Assembly: GCA_963729045.1 (NCBI GenBank)
Contig: CAVSMN010000001.1
Span: forward strand, 24,705 to 88,704
DNA: 64,000 bases
DNA from: an uncultured Nitrososphaeraceae archaeon
Lineage (GTDB): Archaea > Thermoproteota > Nitrososphaeria > Nitrososphaerales > Nitrososphaeraceae
Direction: 5' to 3'
Every line of letters begins with the position of its first letter. Position 1 is the first letter of the stretch. This document shows positions 32,250 to 43,099 of the stretch, piece after piece. The notes under the pieces were generated by a model, which saw only the letters and a list, made by a program, of their open reading frames with translations, was not told where the DNA came from and did not search any database. Both the position numbers and the translations under genes were made by a program.

Positions 32250-32944
32250 GAAATACGAGACAATACTTCAGGTAATTCAGAGAGAGTGTGTATAGTGAAA
32301 AGTGGTGTCTCTTTTTTGTTCATAGGCTCTTGAATTTTGTATAAAGAGTCCAAAGTTCTTATGGTCTTCATTCCGAGCTCATTGGCAGGTAAAATGTCGA
32401 TATCTAATCTATCTCCAACCATGATGCAATTGTCAATACTTGAATTAGAGCCAAGTAACGCCTTATGAAATATTTCATGATTTGGTTTTTTAGATCCAAT
32501 ATCTTCTGCTAAACATACTATTCTAAAATGCTTATCTAGATCGTTTAGAACCAATAGATTGGCTGAACCGGATGAATTGTTGCTGATTATACCTAATGAA
32601 TATTTCTTGGATAATAATGGGATGAGGTAGTTAACTTGACTAAATAGTTTGATTAGTTTTCTTTTATTTTCTAGCAAATCCGTCTTTAAAACATCGAAAA
32701 TCACAGAATCATATCCCTTAGGAAGGATAAGACTTACCATTAGGGAAATAATTTCCAGAAATCCTGATGAACCAAATTTTCTGTTTCGAACTAAATCATT
32801 TCTCAACGTATAATAGTTTCTTTGATCTATCCTAGCCCCATAGTCATTAAGTGTCTGGAATAATAGTTTATCAAAATAAGTAACGTAATTCCATTCATCA
32901 ATGAGCGTTTGCCCAAGGTCAAAGAAGACGAATGGTCTCACCAA
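32246..32944 (-). CDS. HAD family hydrolase
   Basis: FFDLGQTL, IISN, KKP, MVGDRLDIDI. Confidence 0.9.
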   Translation of the reverse strand: MVRPFVFFDLGQTLIDEWNYVTYFDKLLFQTLNDYGARIDQRNYYTLRNDLVRNRKFGSSGFLEIISLMVSLILPKGYDSVIFDVLKTDLLENKRKLIKLFSQVNYLIPLLSKKYSLGIISNNSSGSANLLVLNDLDKHFRIVCLAEDIGSKKPNHEIFHKALLGSNSSIDNCIMVGDRLDIDILPANELGMKTIRTLDSLYKIQEPMNKKETPLFTIHTLSELPEVLSRIS

Positions 32945-32983
32945 GTATTTTTAAAGCCATTAATTATTTATAGTTTAGATTAT

Positions 32984-33811
32984 TTTATCAATACTGATAA
33001 TCATCGACGATAAGCTTGACAACATTGACAAAACATCAGAAATTTAGTTAATTAATTAAACATTAATCTAATAATTTAATAATATTCCATCAATTTCTAG
33101 TATTATTTATAAATATTTTAGTTCACATCTTATATATTTAATCAACGAAGACATAGTGATAGTAAAATGGCACAAATGCCTGCATTAATTCCAAAGGAAG
33201 TAGAAATCCAGAGGCTAAAAAAGATCTATATAATGGTCATTATGCTAGGGTCTATTGCTGCATCAGTAGAAGTAGACAACTTTGTTGATGGATCATTGCA
33301 CCAAACAGCCATCAGAGACAGTGCATTTACACCAGCTCATTGGTGGTTATACAGTCACTTTATTGCACTCCCACTAGGTTGGGGATTTGTTGCGATGTAT
33401 GACAGGAGATGTACCAGCATTAAGAGGACCAAACAATTCAATGAATACTGGTCTAAAGATAACCATTATCGGTTATTTAGCTACCATGTTCACAATTGGT
33501 ATCAATGAAATGTGGCACTTTTGGTTTGTTGAAGAAATATTTTCAGTACCTAACCACTGGATGTTTAACATGGGTGTAGTAGTAGCTTTCATGGGTGCTT
33601 TGGCCTATGTAGTTAGGGTATACGCACGTTTGGTAGAACTTGGCGCTGAAACTCCTGCAAGGAACCCCTATGTAGCAGAAATGTACAAACTAGCATTAGA
33701 AGGAAAACTCTACAGCAGATCAGTTCCATAATCTTTTTTTTTGTTTTTAGTTTTAGTTTTTGTTTTAGTTAGTTAATTTTGTACTTAATTATTTAGATAC
33801 ATTAGAATAGA
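32984..33811 (+). repeat. amoC cassette direct repeat, copy 2
   Basis: Near-identical to 19255..20083. Confidence 0.97.
33167..33731 (+). CDS. amoC: Ammonia monooxygenase subunit C, second copy; 1-bp insertion at 33410 (pseudogene or assembly error)
   Basis: Identical to 19438..20001 except the extra T in gacaggagaTgtacc. Confidence 0.95.
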
Positions 33812-33849
33812 CAGGTTTGATTAGACAGAAATTGTATTCTTAAGCAGTA

Positions 33850-34368
33850 TCATCCAAATAGCTTTGAGATCCAAAGTTGCAATTTAGCTGGATCCATTTC
33901 TAATATTTGTACATTTCCATGTCTTAAGATCTCGGTTCCGTCCTCGTCATATTTAGATAAAATGACCACTTTATTGATCCCTACTGTAATAGCCATCTTG
34001 CTACATTCTATGCATGGAGCAAGAGTAGAGTATAAAGTAGCATTTTTGGTACTGCCAGCATTTCCAAACATAACGCATTGCATTATTGCATTGGCCTCCG
34101 CATGCACACAAATACACCTATCTAAAGATTCACCTGATTTAACAATACCTTTAATCCTATCTGTACATCTTTTACATCCACCCTCAAAGCAATTTTGGAA
34201 TCCAGATGGGGTACCATTGTAACCAGTTGATATTTGTCTATTATTCTTAACTATTACAGCTCCTATTTGCCTAGTAAGACAGTTGGATCGTAGCTTTGCC
34301 AAAAAAGCTTGTATCATAAAGTAAACGTCCCAATCGGGTCTTTCAAATTCCCTGTCTAATCCATCCAT
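33850..34368 (-). CDS. dCMP deaminase family protein
   Basis: RPDWDVYFM, STGYNGTP, HAEANA, PCIEC. Confidence 0.92.
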   Translation of the reverse strand: MDGLDREFERPDWDVYFMIQAFLAKLRSNCLTRQIGAVIVKNNRQISTGYNGTPSGFQNCFEGGCKRCTDRIKGIVKSGESLDRCICVHAEANAIMQCVMFGNAGSTKNATLYSTLAPCIECSKMAITVGINKVVILSKYDEDGTEILRHGNVQILEMDPAKLQLWISKLFG

Positions 34369-34687
34369 AAATTCCTATATATAATAGCCATTAATTAAAA
34401 TACAACAGTTCAGAGCTAGAAGGTTGTCATCATTACTGTAATAACATAAAATAATGACACATATAAAAATATTAAATAGTTTTTTTGAGGAACACTAAAG
34501 AATAAATATATAATGTGCCAAAGAATTTTGTTTTCAATTGCATTTAATTCCAACCTAGAACAAGTTGATAAGGCATTCTCAAACACTGAAGTTAAAATCA
34601 ATCAATTTATTGATAGCAAATGATATCAAAAAGGTAAATATAGAAAATATCGATATGAATCGACTAGATTGTTGCAATTTTTAGTAT

Positions 34688-34858
34688 TTATGTAGATTTT
34701 TTACTTCCTCCTATCTTGAACATTTTCGTATTACACACAGTACATATACCTTGAGTAGCAGGTCTTCCATTTTTCATGGTTACCTCTTTTTCATCTTTCA
34801 TTTCTCTTTTTGCTTTGCATTTAACACAATATCCTTCCATCTGTTTAACCTTCTGCAT
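34688..34858 (-). CDS. DUF5679-like zinc-ribbon micro-protein (absent from the ORF track)
   Basis: MQKVKQMEGYCVKCKAKREMKDEKEVTMKNGRPATQGICTVCNTKMFKIGGSKKST*; alternative start at 34840. Confidence 0.85.
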   Translation of the reverse strand: MQKVKQMEGYCVKCKAKREMKDEKEVTMKNGRPATQGICTVCNTKMFKIGGSKKST

Positions 34859-34965
34859 GAGTAGATAAAATACATGTAGTATAAAATTATTGTTATAAAT
34901 GACTAAAAAATCATCACTAAAATATCACTATTTTGCTAGATTACGATATTTTATATAAGTAATTA

Positions 34966-36307
34966 TTGCAAAAAATGATATTGAATGCAAAAGAAATTCA
35001 GGATAACATTCTAAAATTAATTAAAGAACATCACGACTGGTTCAATGACTCCATTCCCCTCATAGCAAGTGAAAATATCCCCAGTCCAGCCGTCAGGGAA
35101 GCTGTGGCGTCTGATTTTGGAAATAGGTATGCAGAGGGTTGGCCTGGAGAAAGGGTATACGCAGGGTGCACTTTTATAGACAAAGTTGAAAATATTTGCA
35201 ATGATTTAGCAAGATCAGTATTTAAAGCTGAATTTGCAGATTGTAGAGCAACTTCGGGAGTTGTCGCAAATTTGGCAATATATTCTGCATTCTCAAATCC
35301 TGGAGACACTATGATAGCTTCGTCGATTCCTACCGGTGGACATATTTCACACGGAAAAAAGGAGCACTCAGGAACGGCCGGCTTGGTTCACGGATTAGTA
35401 ATAGAACACTTTCCATTTTCAAAAGAAAACATGACCATCGATGTTGAACTGACCAAGAAAAAAATAGATACAATGATTGCCGAAGGAAAAGCACCGAAAA
35501 TAGCGATGTTTGGCGGCAGTCTTTTTTTGTTCCCTCATCCTGTGAAAGAATTATCAGAATTCTTGCATGAACGAAATGTGTATATAAATTACGATGGAGC
35601 CCACGTAGCAGGTCTAATCGCTGGTGGACAATTTCAAGACCCTTTACGAGAAGGCGCTGATTCGATGACCATGAGCTCGCATAAGACACTATGGGGACCC
35701 CAAGGAGGCATCATAGTATCGGTTGAAAAATATTCGGAGTCTATAAAGAAGGCAATTTTTCCGGGAAATACAAGTAGTCATCACCTGCATCATGTTGCGG
35801 GCAAAGCAGTAGCATTGGCTGAATCATTAGAATTTGGAGAAGAATATGCAAAACAAGTCATCAAGAATGCAAAAATGCTTGCCTACTCCCTTGCAAATCA
35901 TGGATTCAATGTTTTAGGGGAAAAGAGAGGCTATACTGAATCACATCAACTTGCCGTCGACGTCTCAAATTATGGTGATGGTGGAACTATAGAAAAGGAC
36001 CTTGAAAAATGTAATATAATCCTAAATAGACAATTGCTTCCTGGGGACATAAAAGAGGGAAGAAATTATTTTCATCCCAGTGGCGTTAGAATAGGAGTTC
36101 CTGAAGTAACCAGACTAGGAATGAAGGAAGACGAAATGCAGGAAATAGCAACCTTTATTAAAAAAGTTGTAATAGACAAGCAAGATATTCCTAAAGTTTT
36201 GACAAAATGTAACAGAGTTCAAAAAGAACTTTCAAAAGGTACATTACGCTTTTGATAATGAAACCTCTGCATATCAATATATTCAATTGGTGAATAGGAA
36301 AGAATAA
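34966..36307 (+). CDS. glyA: Serine hydroxymethyltransferase (frameshift near 36205)
   Basis: LIASEN, YAEGWPG, GGHISH, SSHKTLWGPQGG; C-terminus VTEFKKNFQKVHYAF...RKE* is in another frame. Confidence 0.96.
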
Positions 36308-36422
36308 ATCAACCCAAATCAGAGGAATTGTGCAAAATTACTCGAAATATCTAGCCTTCCTATAGATATTTCTACACATGATTTATATAATATAGAAGGA
36401 TCAAATATCTCTGCAAAAAAAT

Positions 36423-36959
36423 ATGCCAATCGATCCAGATTTTCCAGCAAATCATCAAGTAATTGGAAAGATAAAAACTTCAGACGATGAACATTTTCAC
36501 TATTTATGGGGTCCAGGTTCACTAAAAGAGGCAGCAGAGAATACAGAAGTTAAAGAAGCATTCCAAGCAAAAGGAGAAGAAATAGGACCTTTAGGTGTAA
36601 GTGGAACTATGGTAGCAGTCGACTGGGATTCGTGTGTAGCAGATGGAGCATGTATTGAAGCATGTCCTGTACAAGTTTTTCAATGGTACAGAACTGAACA
36701 TGACGTATCAGCTAAAGAGGCAGTAAATGAAGTATTTGAAGGTACTGGTTCTTCAGTTAAAGAAGAAAGAAAAGACTATACAGATAAAGCAGATCCAATC
36801 AGAGAACATGATTGTATTTGGTGTATGGCATGTGTGTCAGTATGTCCACCTCAAGCAATTAAGGTAGATCAAGCCGCATTGGAATTCCACGAAAAAGCAT
36901 CAGGAACATTTAACGAAGAATTATCAAAAGGTAGTGCACCACCACCTCACGCACACTAA
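36423..36959 (+). CDS. Zfx-type (zinc-containing family) dicluster ferredoxin
   Basis: MPIDPDF N-terminal extension, CVADGACIEACP and CIWCMACVSVCP, KADP. Confidence 0.9.
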   Translation: MPIDPDFPANHQVIGKIKTSDDEHFHYLWGPGSLKEAAENTEVKEAFQAKGEEIGPLGVSGTMVAVDWDSCVADGACIEACPVQVFQWYRTEHDVSAKEAVNEVFEGTGSSVKEERKDYTDKADPIREHDCIWCMACVSVCPPQAIKVDQAALEFHEKASGTFNEELSKGSAPPPHAH

Positions 36960-37057
36960 ATATTTTTTTTTAGAATCAGCAATAATTACTATAACAAGAT
37001 TATTCAAAGTTAGAAATACAAAAGTAGATACAGTAAATCAACATATCAAAATATAAA

Positions 37058-37396
37058 CTACCAGATCATCCAAGATTCTAACGTTTTTGAGAATGAATTT
37101 AGAATAAACCTACATCGTGATGAAATATCCAAGTGATCTTCACGGAGTGATTCATCAATGCATTGAACGAATAAAATTAAAGGAGAAGAAGCAGAATCTA
37201 GCCTAGTCCAATCATTTCCACACGATTCTAAAATAGCATCCACCTTTTGATTATATAGTTTGGAAATTGTAAATGACACATCCTCCAGTTCAGAGTTTGA
37301 AATCTCGTGAGATGAGAGGAATGACTTCAAGTTCTCTGAATTTATTAGAAAAGAATCGATATAGTGATTCTTGATTGATTTAGGTACTCGAGTCAT
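37058..37396 (-). CDS. Hypothetical protein, translationally coupled to gatE
   Basis: ATGA overlap with the gatE stop codon. Confidence 0.6.
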   Translation of the reverse strand: MTRVPKSIKNHYIDSFLINSENLKSFLSSHEISNSELEDVSFTISKLYNQKVDAILESCGNDWTRLDSASSPLILFVQCIDESLREDHLDISSRCRFILNSFSKTLESWMIW

Positions 37397-39336
37397 GCTA
37401 AGAAGGGGAAGGAGAAGAATCCTTCGTTAAGAAATGTTTCTAATTTGTGTTTCAAATAGTCATTAATTTTGCTACCATCTACCTTACCTCTCAGAACTGC
37501 CATACTTTTCCCCATCAATACACCCATGGAATTGGGCCCTTTCTCTCTTATAACGCTCAAATTATCATCAAACAATTTATCCAATGTAGAAAATAAGTCC
37601 GTATCATCTAATTTAGTTAGGTTGAGGGAATTTATTGCTTCCTCTACCGTCATGCAATCCTTTTTCATTAATTTTTCAAAAATTAATATTATAGACTCTT
37701 TTGCAATAAATCCCTTATCAAGCCTATTGAAAATGTCTAGAATCATTTCATCTGTCAAGAGGTCCTTATCAAGATTATTTCTGGAGAGACTAACGATATC
37801 TTCAGTAAGTTTTGATGCAACAAAGGTGGGTGAAATAGTGGGATTGGTTATCAAGAGTCTTTCAAATAAATTATAATAATCAGAATCAAAAATTTGTTCA
37901 GATAATTTCATATTCAATCCATACTTTTTCATGATTCCTTTGATTAATTCATTCCATGGCAAAGGTATTTTATTTTTCAAACTATCAAGTAAGTTACGAT
38001 CAACAGGAATTGGCATTATATCCGTTTCAGGATACATTCTGGATGAACCTGGTCTAGGTCGTGAAAAAATGGTAGTTCCGTCTAAAGTAACTGAACGGGT
38101 TTCAGCAATGACACCATATTTAAATTGGATTACCCTTTTAATCAATGGTTCAAGAAGGTTGCTTATTTTTTCCCTGTTACCGCCTATTATTATAAAGGCA
38201 TCGTCAGTAGAAACATCAACAGATTTCTTAACGCTATCTATCTCATTGATAGTGATCCCATAATTAGGTAATTCATCGGAATGAAAGACGCCACCCAATC
38301 CAAAAAATCTAACAAACTCTCCTAACTCTTTACCTAGTCGTACATCTTTCACAGGTTCATAGCCAATCAATCCACTTAGACCCCTCAAACGGATACAATT
38401 AATGACTGGGTCTGGATCTTTTAATATTTTTTTTATCACCTTAGATGATGAATTTGAGAACAAGGAAGTTATGTCTTCAATTTTATCGCCAATAAAGGAA
38501 TCATCAATATTTCTATTTCTAAATTCTTCCGCAATTTTGATTAATCCGTACTGTCTTTTTGTTTCGTAGTCTAAAACTTTGATAAGTTGTGATAATTGCT
38601 GTACTCCCTTGACTTCGACTACTTGACCATCATTGACAGATATATTCACATCCTGCCTTATGCTCCCAATTCCTCGAGTCACTCTTTTACTACTTCGAAG
38701 TAATCTACCTAGAGTTAATGCGACGTTTACAATTTCTGCAGGAGTCCCAGATATGGGATCAAGTGCGATTTCGACTAGCGGGATCCCAAGCCTGTCGAGT
38801 CCGTATTCCTTTAATAGAGGATTGGTAGAAATTAATTTTGCTGCATCCTCTTCTAAACATATACCCTGGACACCTATCTTGTTGAAATTATCGACTTCTA
38901 AGTAACCTCCCGTTGATATCAACATAGTTCTTTGAAATCCACTGACATTAGAGCCATCTATCACTAATTTCCTCATGACATGAATTTCATCAACAATATT
39001 TGAATTTAGAGCAAGTGAAAACAACAATGCTGTTTCAAGTGCATCTTTGCTTACTTCATGTGGGGGCTCCTCGTCAGCTTCTACTAAACAGCTATATCCT
39101 ACTTTAGAATAATACTTGATTGAATTCATTTTGGCGTGTTCAAATAATGCAGCTTTGTCAAAATCACCCAATTCACTTTTTGTAGGTCTCAAAACTCGAA
39201 TAAAGTTGAAATCATAACCCTCGTCGTTGGATCCATCGCCTTTGCAATTACAAAAGAGTTTAGACGATGTACTTAGTTGTTGATGTATTTCAAAGCCAAC
39301 CTTTACGTTTAATTTGTCGATATCTAGATTCATCAA
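37393..39336 (-). CDS. gatE: Glu-tRNA(Gln) amidotransferase subunit E
   Basis: GFEIHQQL, DEEPPH, IDGSNVSGFQRT, RQDVNIS, RMYPETD. Confidence 0.97.
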   Translation of the reverse strand: MMNLDIDKLNVKVGFEIHQQLSTSSKLFCNCKGDGSNDEGYDFNFIRVLRPTKSELGDFDKAALFEHAKMNSIKYYSKVGYSCLVEADEEPPHEVSKDALETALLFSLALNSNIVDEIHVMRKLVIDGSNVSGFQRTMLISTGGYLEVDNFNKIGVQGICLEEDAAKLISTNPLLKEYGLDRLGIPLVEIALDPISGTPAEIVNVALTLGRLLRSSKRVTRGIGSIRQDVNISVNDGQVVEVKGVQQLSQLIKVLDYETKRQYGLIKIAEEFRNRNIDDSFIGDKIEDITSLFSNSSSKVIKKILKDPDPVINCIRLRGLSGLIGYEPVKDVRLGKELGEFVRFFGLGGVFHSDELPNYGITINEIDSVKKSVDVSTDDAFIIIGGNREKISNLLEPLIKRVIQFKYGVIAETRSVTLDGTTIFSRPRPGSSRMYPETDIMPIPVDRNLLDSLKNKIPLPWNELIKGIMKKYGLNMKLSEQIFDSDYYNLFERLLITNPTISPTFVASKLTEDIVSLSRNNLDKDLLTDEMILDIFNRLDKGFIAKESIILIFEKLMKKDCMTVEEAINSLNLTKLDDTDLFSTLDKLFDDNLSVIREKGPNSMGVLMGKSMAVLRGKVDGSKINDYLKHKLETFLNEGFFSFPFLA

Positions 39337-39356
39337 ACTCGTCCTCTTTAAACCTA

Positions 39357-40784
39357 TTAAACTAGTGGCAACATATTAGAAATTTCATTAGAATAATCAG
39401 TTTTCATGATCCTAACAAAATCCTCGGCACCCGTATTATTACCTAATGCCCACATTGCTTTAACGACGGCGGTTTCTGAACTCATATTTGAAAGAGGGAT
39501 AATACCCAAACCCAAAAGGTCTCTGCCGGTATCATAGACGGTCATCTGTACCGTACCAAATATACATTGTGAAGTCATAAAAACAAAAATGCCTGAATTT
39601 ATTAGTTTTTCTAAAATAGGAAAGCAGTCTTTACTCACATGTCCAAGCCCAGTGCCCTCCAATATAATGACTTTATAATCCATCTGTAAAAAGTTCTCAA
39701 GAAATGAAGAACTAAATCCAGGATAGAATTTCAATAGAAACACTTTATCACTAAAAGCCGTCCTTGAAGTAAAATTTTTTGAAATATTTGCACGTTCTAT
39801 TCTTCCGTTGTGTAATAACTTGTTGTATTTTATGTCTGAATTCTCAATTAAGGCAAAAGGCATACCATTGAGCGATTTAAATGCATCACGTTTGCTGGTA
39901 TGGTTTTTTCTCACTCGTGTCCCAAGATGACATGCAATTACTTCATCTGAAGTATTATGGTGCATACAAACAAAAATGCCTGAATATCTTGCATCCTTGA
40001 TAAATCTTATTGCACCAACTAGATTGCTGAATGCGTCTGAAGAAGGTCTATCGGATGATCTCTGAGAACCAACCAAAAGTACAGGAATTGGGATATTTTG
40101 GAGCGCGAAACTTAATGCAGAGGAAGTATAATGCATGGTATCCGTACCGTGAGATACAATAATTCCATCATAGTGTTCGTTGTTGATAGCAAATGAAATT
40201 CTATCCGCTAGAGCAGACCAATGATGGGGATTCATGTTTTCACTATATTCGTTGAATAAGAATTCAGGATAAATGTATCCATAGTCAGAAAGTTCTGGAA
40301 AAGCAGAATATAATTCGGATGCAGTCAAAAGTGAAGTTACACCACCTGTTCTATAATCAATTTTACTTGCAATAGTGCCACCTGTGCTAATTAGCAATAT
40401 TTTTGGTAATAATTTAGAACTATTCATTTTATCGAACAAATTGTGGCTATTATTATCATCGTTAGCACGGGCATTATCACTTGGATCGGATTTTGCTACA
40501 GGTTTTTTGGATAATTGATCAATATTTTTATTTTTATTGATAATTTCTATAATATTTTCTATTTCAATTCCAATATTGTAACCGCTTTTCAATTTTAATA
40601 CGATATATTTGTCACTAAAAGTTTCATATCGGGGCAGAATAATGCCAAAAAATTCTGCTTTTTTAGTAACTATTTTCACTTCATCACCTACGCTAACTTT
40701 AAATTTGTTTAAAAATTTTTGAGAATTTCTACTATAGCTTTTATCAGAGCTCTCATGAGAATCGAGATCAATATTTCGTGTCAA
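39357..40784 (-). CDS. gatD: Glu-tRNA(Gln) amidotransferase subunit D
   Basis: LKLKSGYNIG, TGGTIASKIDY, HGTDTM, GSQRSSDRPSSD. Confidence 0.97.
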   Translation of the reverse strand: MTRNIDLDSHESSDKSYSRNSQKFLNKFKVSVGDEVKIVTKKAEFFGIILPRYETFSDKYIVLKLKSGYNIGIEIENIIEIINKNKNIDQLSKKPVAKSDPSDNARANDDNNSHNLFDKMNSSKLLPKILLISTGGTIASKIDYRTGGVTSLLTASELYSAFPELSDYGYIYPEFLFNEYSENMNPHHWSALADRISFAINNEHYDGIIVSHGTDTMHYTSSALSFALQNIPIPVLLVGSQRSSDRPSSDAFSNLVGAIRFIKDARYSGIFVCMHHNTSDEVIACHLGTRVRKNHTSKRDAFKSLNGMPFALIENSDIKYNKLLHNGRIERANISKNFTSRTAFSDKVFLLKFYPGFSSSFLENFLQMDYKVIILEGTGLGHVSKDCFPILEKLINSGIFVFMTSQCIFGTVQMTVYDTGRDLLGLGIIPLSNMSSETAVVKAMWALGNNTGAEDFVRIMKTDYSNEISNMLPLV

Positions 40785-40874
40785 ATATAGAAGTATGAAA
40801 AAGGTTTGAAAATATATAGTTAGATCATGAAAGGTAAATTTTAAGAAGAGTATATAGTATATGTATATAGCTAC

Positions 40875-41558
40875 TTAGGGTTTCACTAATAACTTTCCAA
40901 TCATCCAAGGATGAAATAGACAGGTATATTCATAAAATCCGGGTTTATTAAAAACAACAGTGAAGGAGTTGCTAAAAGAGTAATCAAAGTTCTGTTTCTT
41001 ATCCAAAGCTAGCAATGGCCCAGAGTTAACGAATTTTTCAGTTCCATTAAAAGCATATATAGAGTCTCTTTTTAGTTCCATTACATTATCATCTGCTGTA
41101 ATTACGGTAGGAGTTAATGCTCGTGCATTTAACATCATAACAATCCGTGTTCCATTACCAGTCGTTTCTTCTAATGGCTCTCCCAGATTATTTAATACAG
41201 GGACAAATTGTGTGTTATTAGAAACGTAGAAGGGAACTCCGATCTTTTCGGCATTATCTAAATCCCTTATAAAGGTAACAGTATGAGGATTTGGAACATC
41301 GACTCCGTTATACCACGTTATACTATCCCCGGCAGTTATTTCTACATAATCAGGAAAATACTTTGTAAAGGATACAGTATTATTTCCTTCGCCCACTTTA
41401 ATAGCGTAATTATCAGGCTTTACAGATAAGGTGTTATTACCGGTTGAAGAACTATTGTTGTTTTTGGCATCAACTGTAGCATAAACAGAATTAATATGAA
41501 TAGTAAAGATAAAAACAGTAAATAAGATTCCTAGATGAAAAATTTTAAAAACTAGCAT
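40875..41558 (-). CDS. Secreted cupredoxin (type-1 blue copper) domain protein
   Basis: Signal peptide; PHTVTF ... YTCLFHPWM (His, Cys, His, Met ligands). Confidence 0.88.
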   Translation of the reverse strand: MLVFKIFHLGILFTVFIFTIHINSVYATVDAKNNNSSSTGNNTLSVKPDNYAIKVGEGNNTVSFTKYFPDYVEITAGDSITWYNGVDVPNPHTVTFIRDLDNAEKIGVPFYVSNNTQFVPVLNNLGEPLEETTGNGTRIVMMLNARALTPTVITADDNVMELKRDSIYAFNGTEKFVNSGPLLALDKKQNFDYSFSNSFTVVFNKPGFYEYTCLFHPWMIGKLLVKP

Positions 41559-41704
41559 TTCCTAAATCCATCTATATTTCTTACCATTACAATATATTGT
41601 TTTTTATATTCAAGCTAAAAATAGGATTATTTGATAAGCTAAAGCCCCTATTTAATTAAGATCAAACTATATTTTAGTAAATTATTCAAATAGGAATATG
41701 ATAT

Positions 41705-41971
41705 TTAGGTAAAATCATCCTGAAGTGATTTTGACTCGATTAATTCTTGAATCTCCTCATTCATCTTTAGGAACCTAATACCCTTTTCAGTGGTCCTGTA
41801 TTTACCGTCGGTGCCAAGAGCCAACAAGTTATTCTCTAATAGTATAGGCAAATATTCCTTTATCTGAGCATATGATAGAAAGGCCTTGTACATTATTTTA
41901 GTTTTTGAAATGCCTCCATTAGCGGCATTTAGGATATTAGAAATTATTTCGGTCCTATTCCGATATTTCAC
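41705..41971 (-). CDS. Archaeal winged-helix DNA-binding protein
   Basis: MKYRNRTEII..IL, KTKIMYKAFLSY, YRTTEKG. Confidence 0.88.
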   Translation of the reverse strand: MKYRNRTEIISNILNAANGGISKTKIMYKAFLSYAQIKEYLPILLENNLLALGTDGKYRTTEKGIRFLKMNEEIQELIESKSLQDDFT

Positions 41972-42111
41972 ACAATAATATAGAAGAATGTATTATATAA
42001 CTTATATTGTTGATTATTCTATATTAATATACTATAGTCGATTTAATTATAAATACACAAGATTATAACAGGATATTAATTATTGATTATTGATTAACTA
42101 TAGCTATAAAG

Positions 42112-43090
42112 TTGACTAATAAGAAAATCAATTTTTCAGAATGTGAAGCGATTATCTTTGATATAGATGGTGTATTAGTTGACGTAAAGAAATCATATGA
42201 TGAAGCAATAATAAAAACAGTCCAGTTTATTCTAATTAAGAGTTTTAACATAAATTTAGATAACTTTCCTTTTCAGGACATGATTTCTAAACTTCGAAAT
42301 ACGGGCGGATTTAATAATGATATCGATACCGCTTATTCAATAGTCCTAATAATTTTATATTGTATCTTAATTAATAAAATGAATACAGACAAGACCATTC
42401 AAGTTTTTCGTAGTATATTGGAGAAATTAGATGACAGAGGTAAAGATTCGGTAGAAAAAGAGCTCGAGAAGATCGGAAATATAACATCCATAACAAAAGA
42501 ATTAAGATATCCAAGTGATGGCGATACGATTTCCACACTTTTTAATGAAATCTTTTATGGTCCAATTTTATATAAAAAGCGGTTCAATAAGGAGCCAATA
42601 TATTATTTTGACGAGCCACTCATAAACAAGGATATTCTAATAATTAAAGAGAGTACAATACGTCTTCTTTCAAAGAAATTTAATGGAAATTTGGGATTGA
42701 TATCCGGACGGAGCAAAATTGCTTCTTATTTCACTCTTAACAGTCTCATAGATTACTTTGATGAAAATGCTTGTGTGTTTTTAGAGGATGAAAATAGAGA
42801 AGTTTCCAAACCTAATGCATTTTCCCTACACAAGGTATTTGATAATTTAAAATTGACTAGTGCGTTGTATGTAGGAGACTCCATTGCAGATCTTTTAATG
42901 GTAGAAAATTTTAGGAAGCAAACAACAGAGGATAGAATATTTTTTTGTGGAGTCTATGGTGATGGGGATGGGATGGCAAAATAAAAAAGGATCAATTGAT
43001 AAGAAAAGACTGCTAAAATCAAATAATGCAGATGTAATCATTAAAAATGTAAACGATTTACCAAATATATTAAATAATACAAAAAATTAA
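42112..43090 (+). CDS. HAD-family phosphatase at the head of the his cluster (frameshift near 42975)
   Basis: FDIDGVL, GGFNND, SGR, KP, YVGDSIADL; tail ADVIIKNVNDLPNIL is in another frame. Confidence 0.85.
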
Positions 43091-43099
43091 AAGCACATA

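Noticed and set aside
19255..33811. Composite transposon bounded by the direct repeats
   Set aside because: The repeats encode amoC, not a transposase; no terminal inverted repeats or target-site duplication; cargo is housekeeping genes
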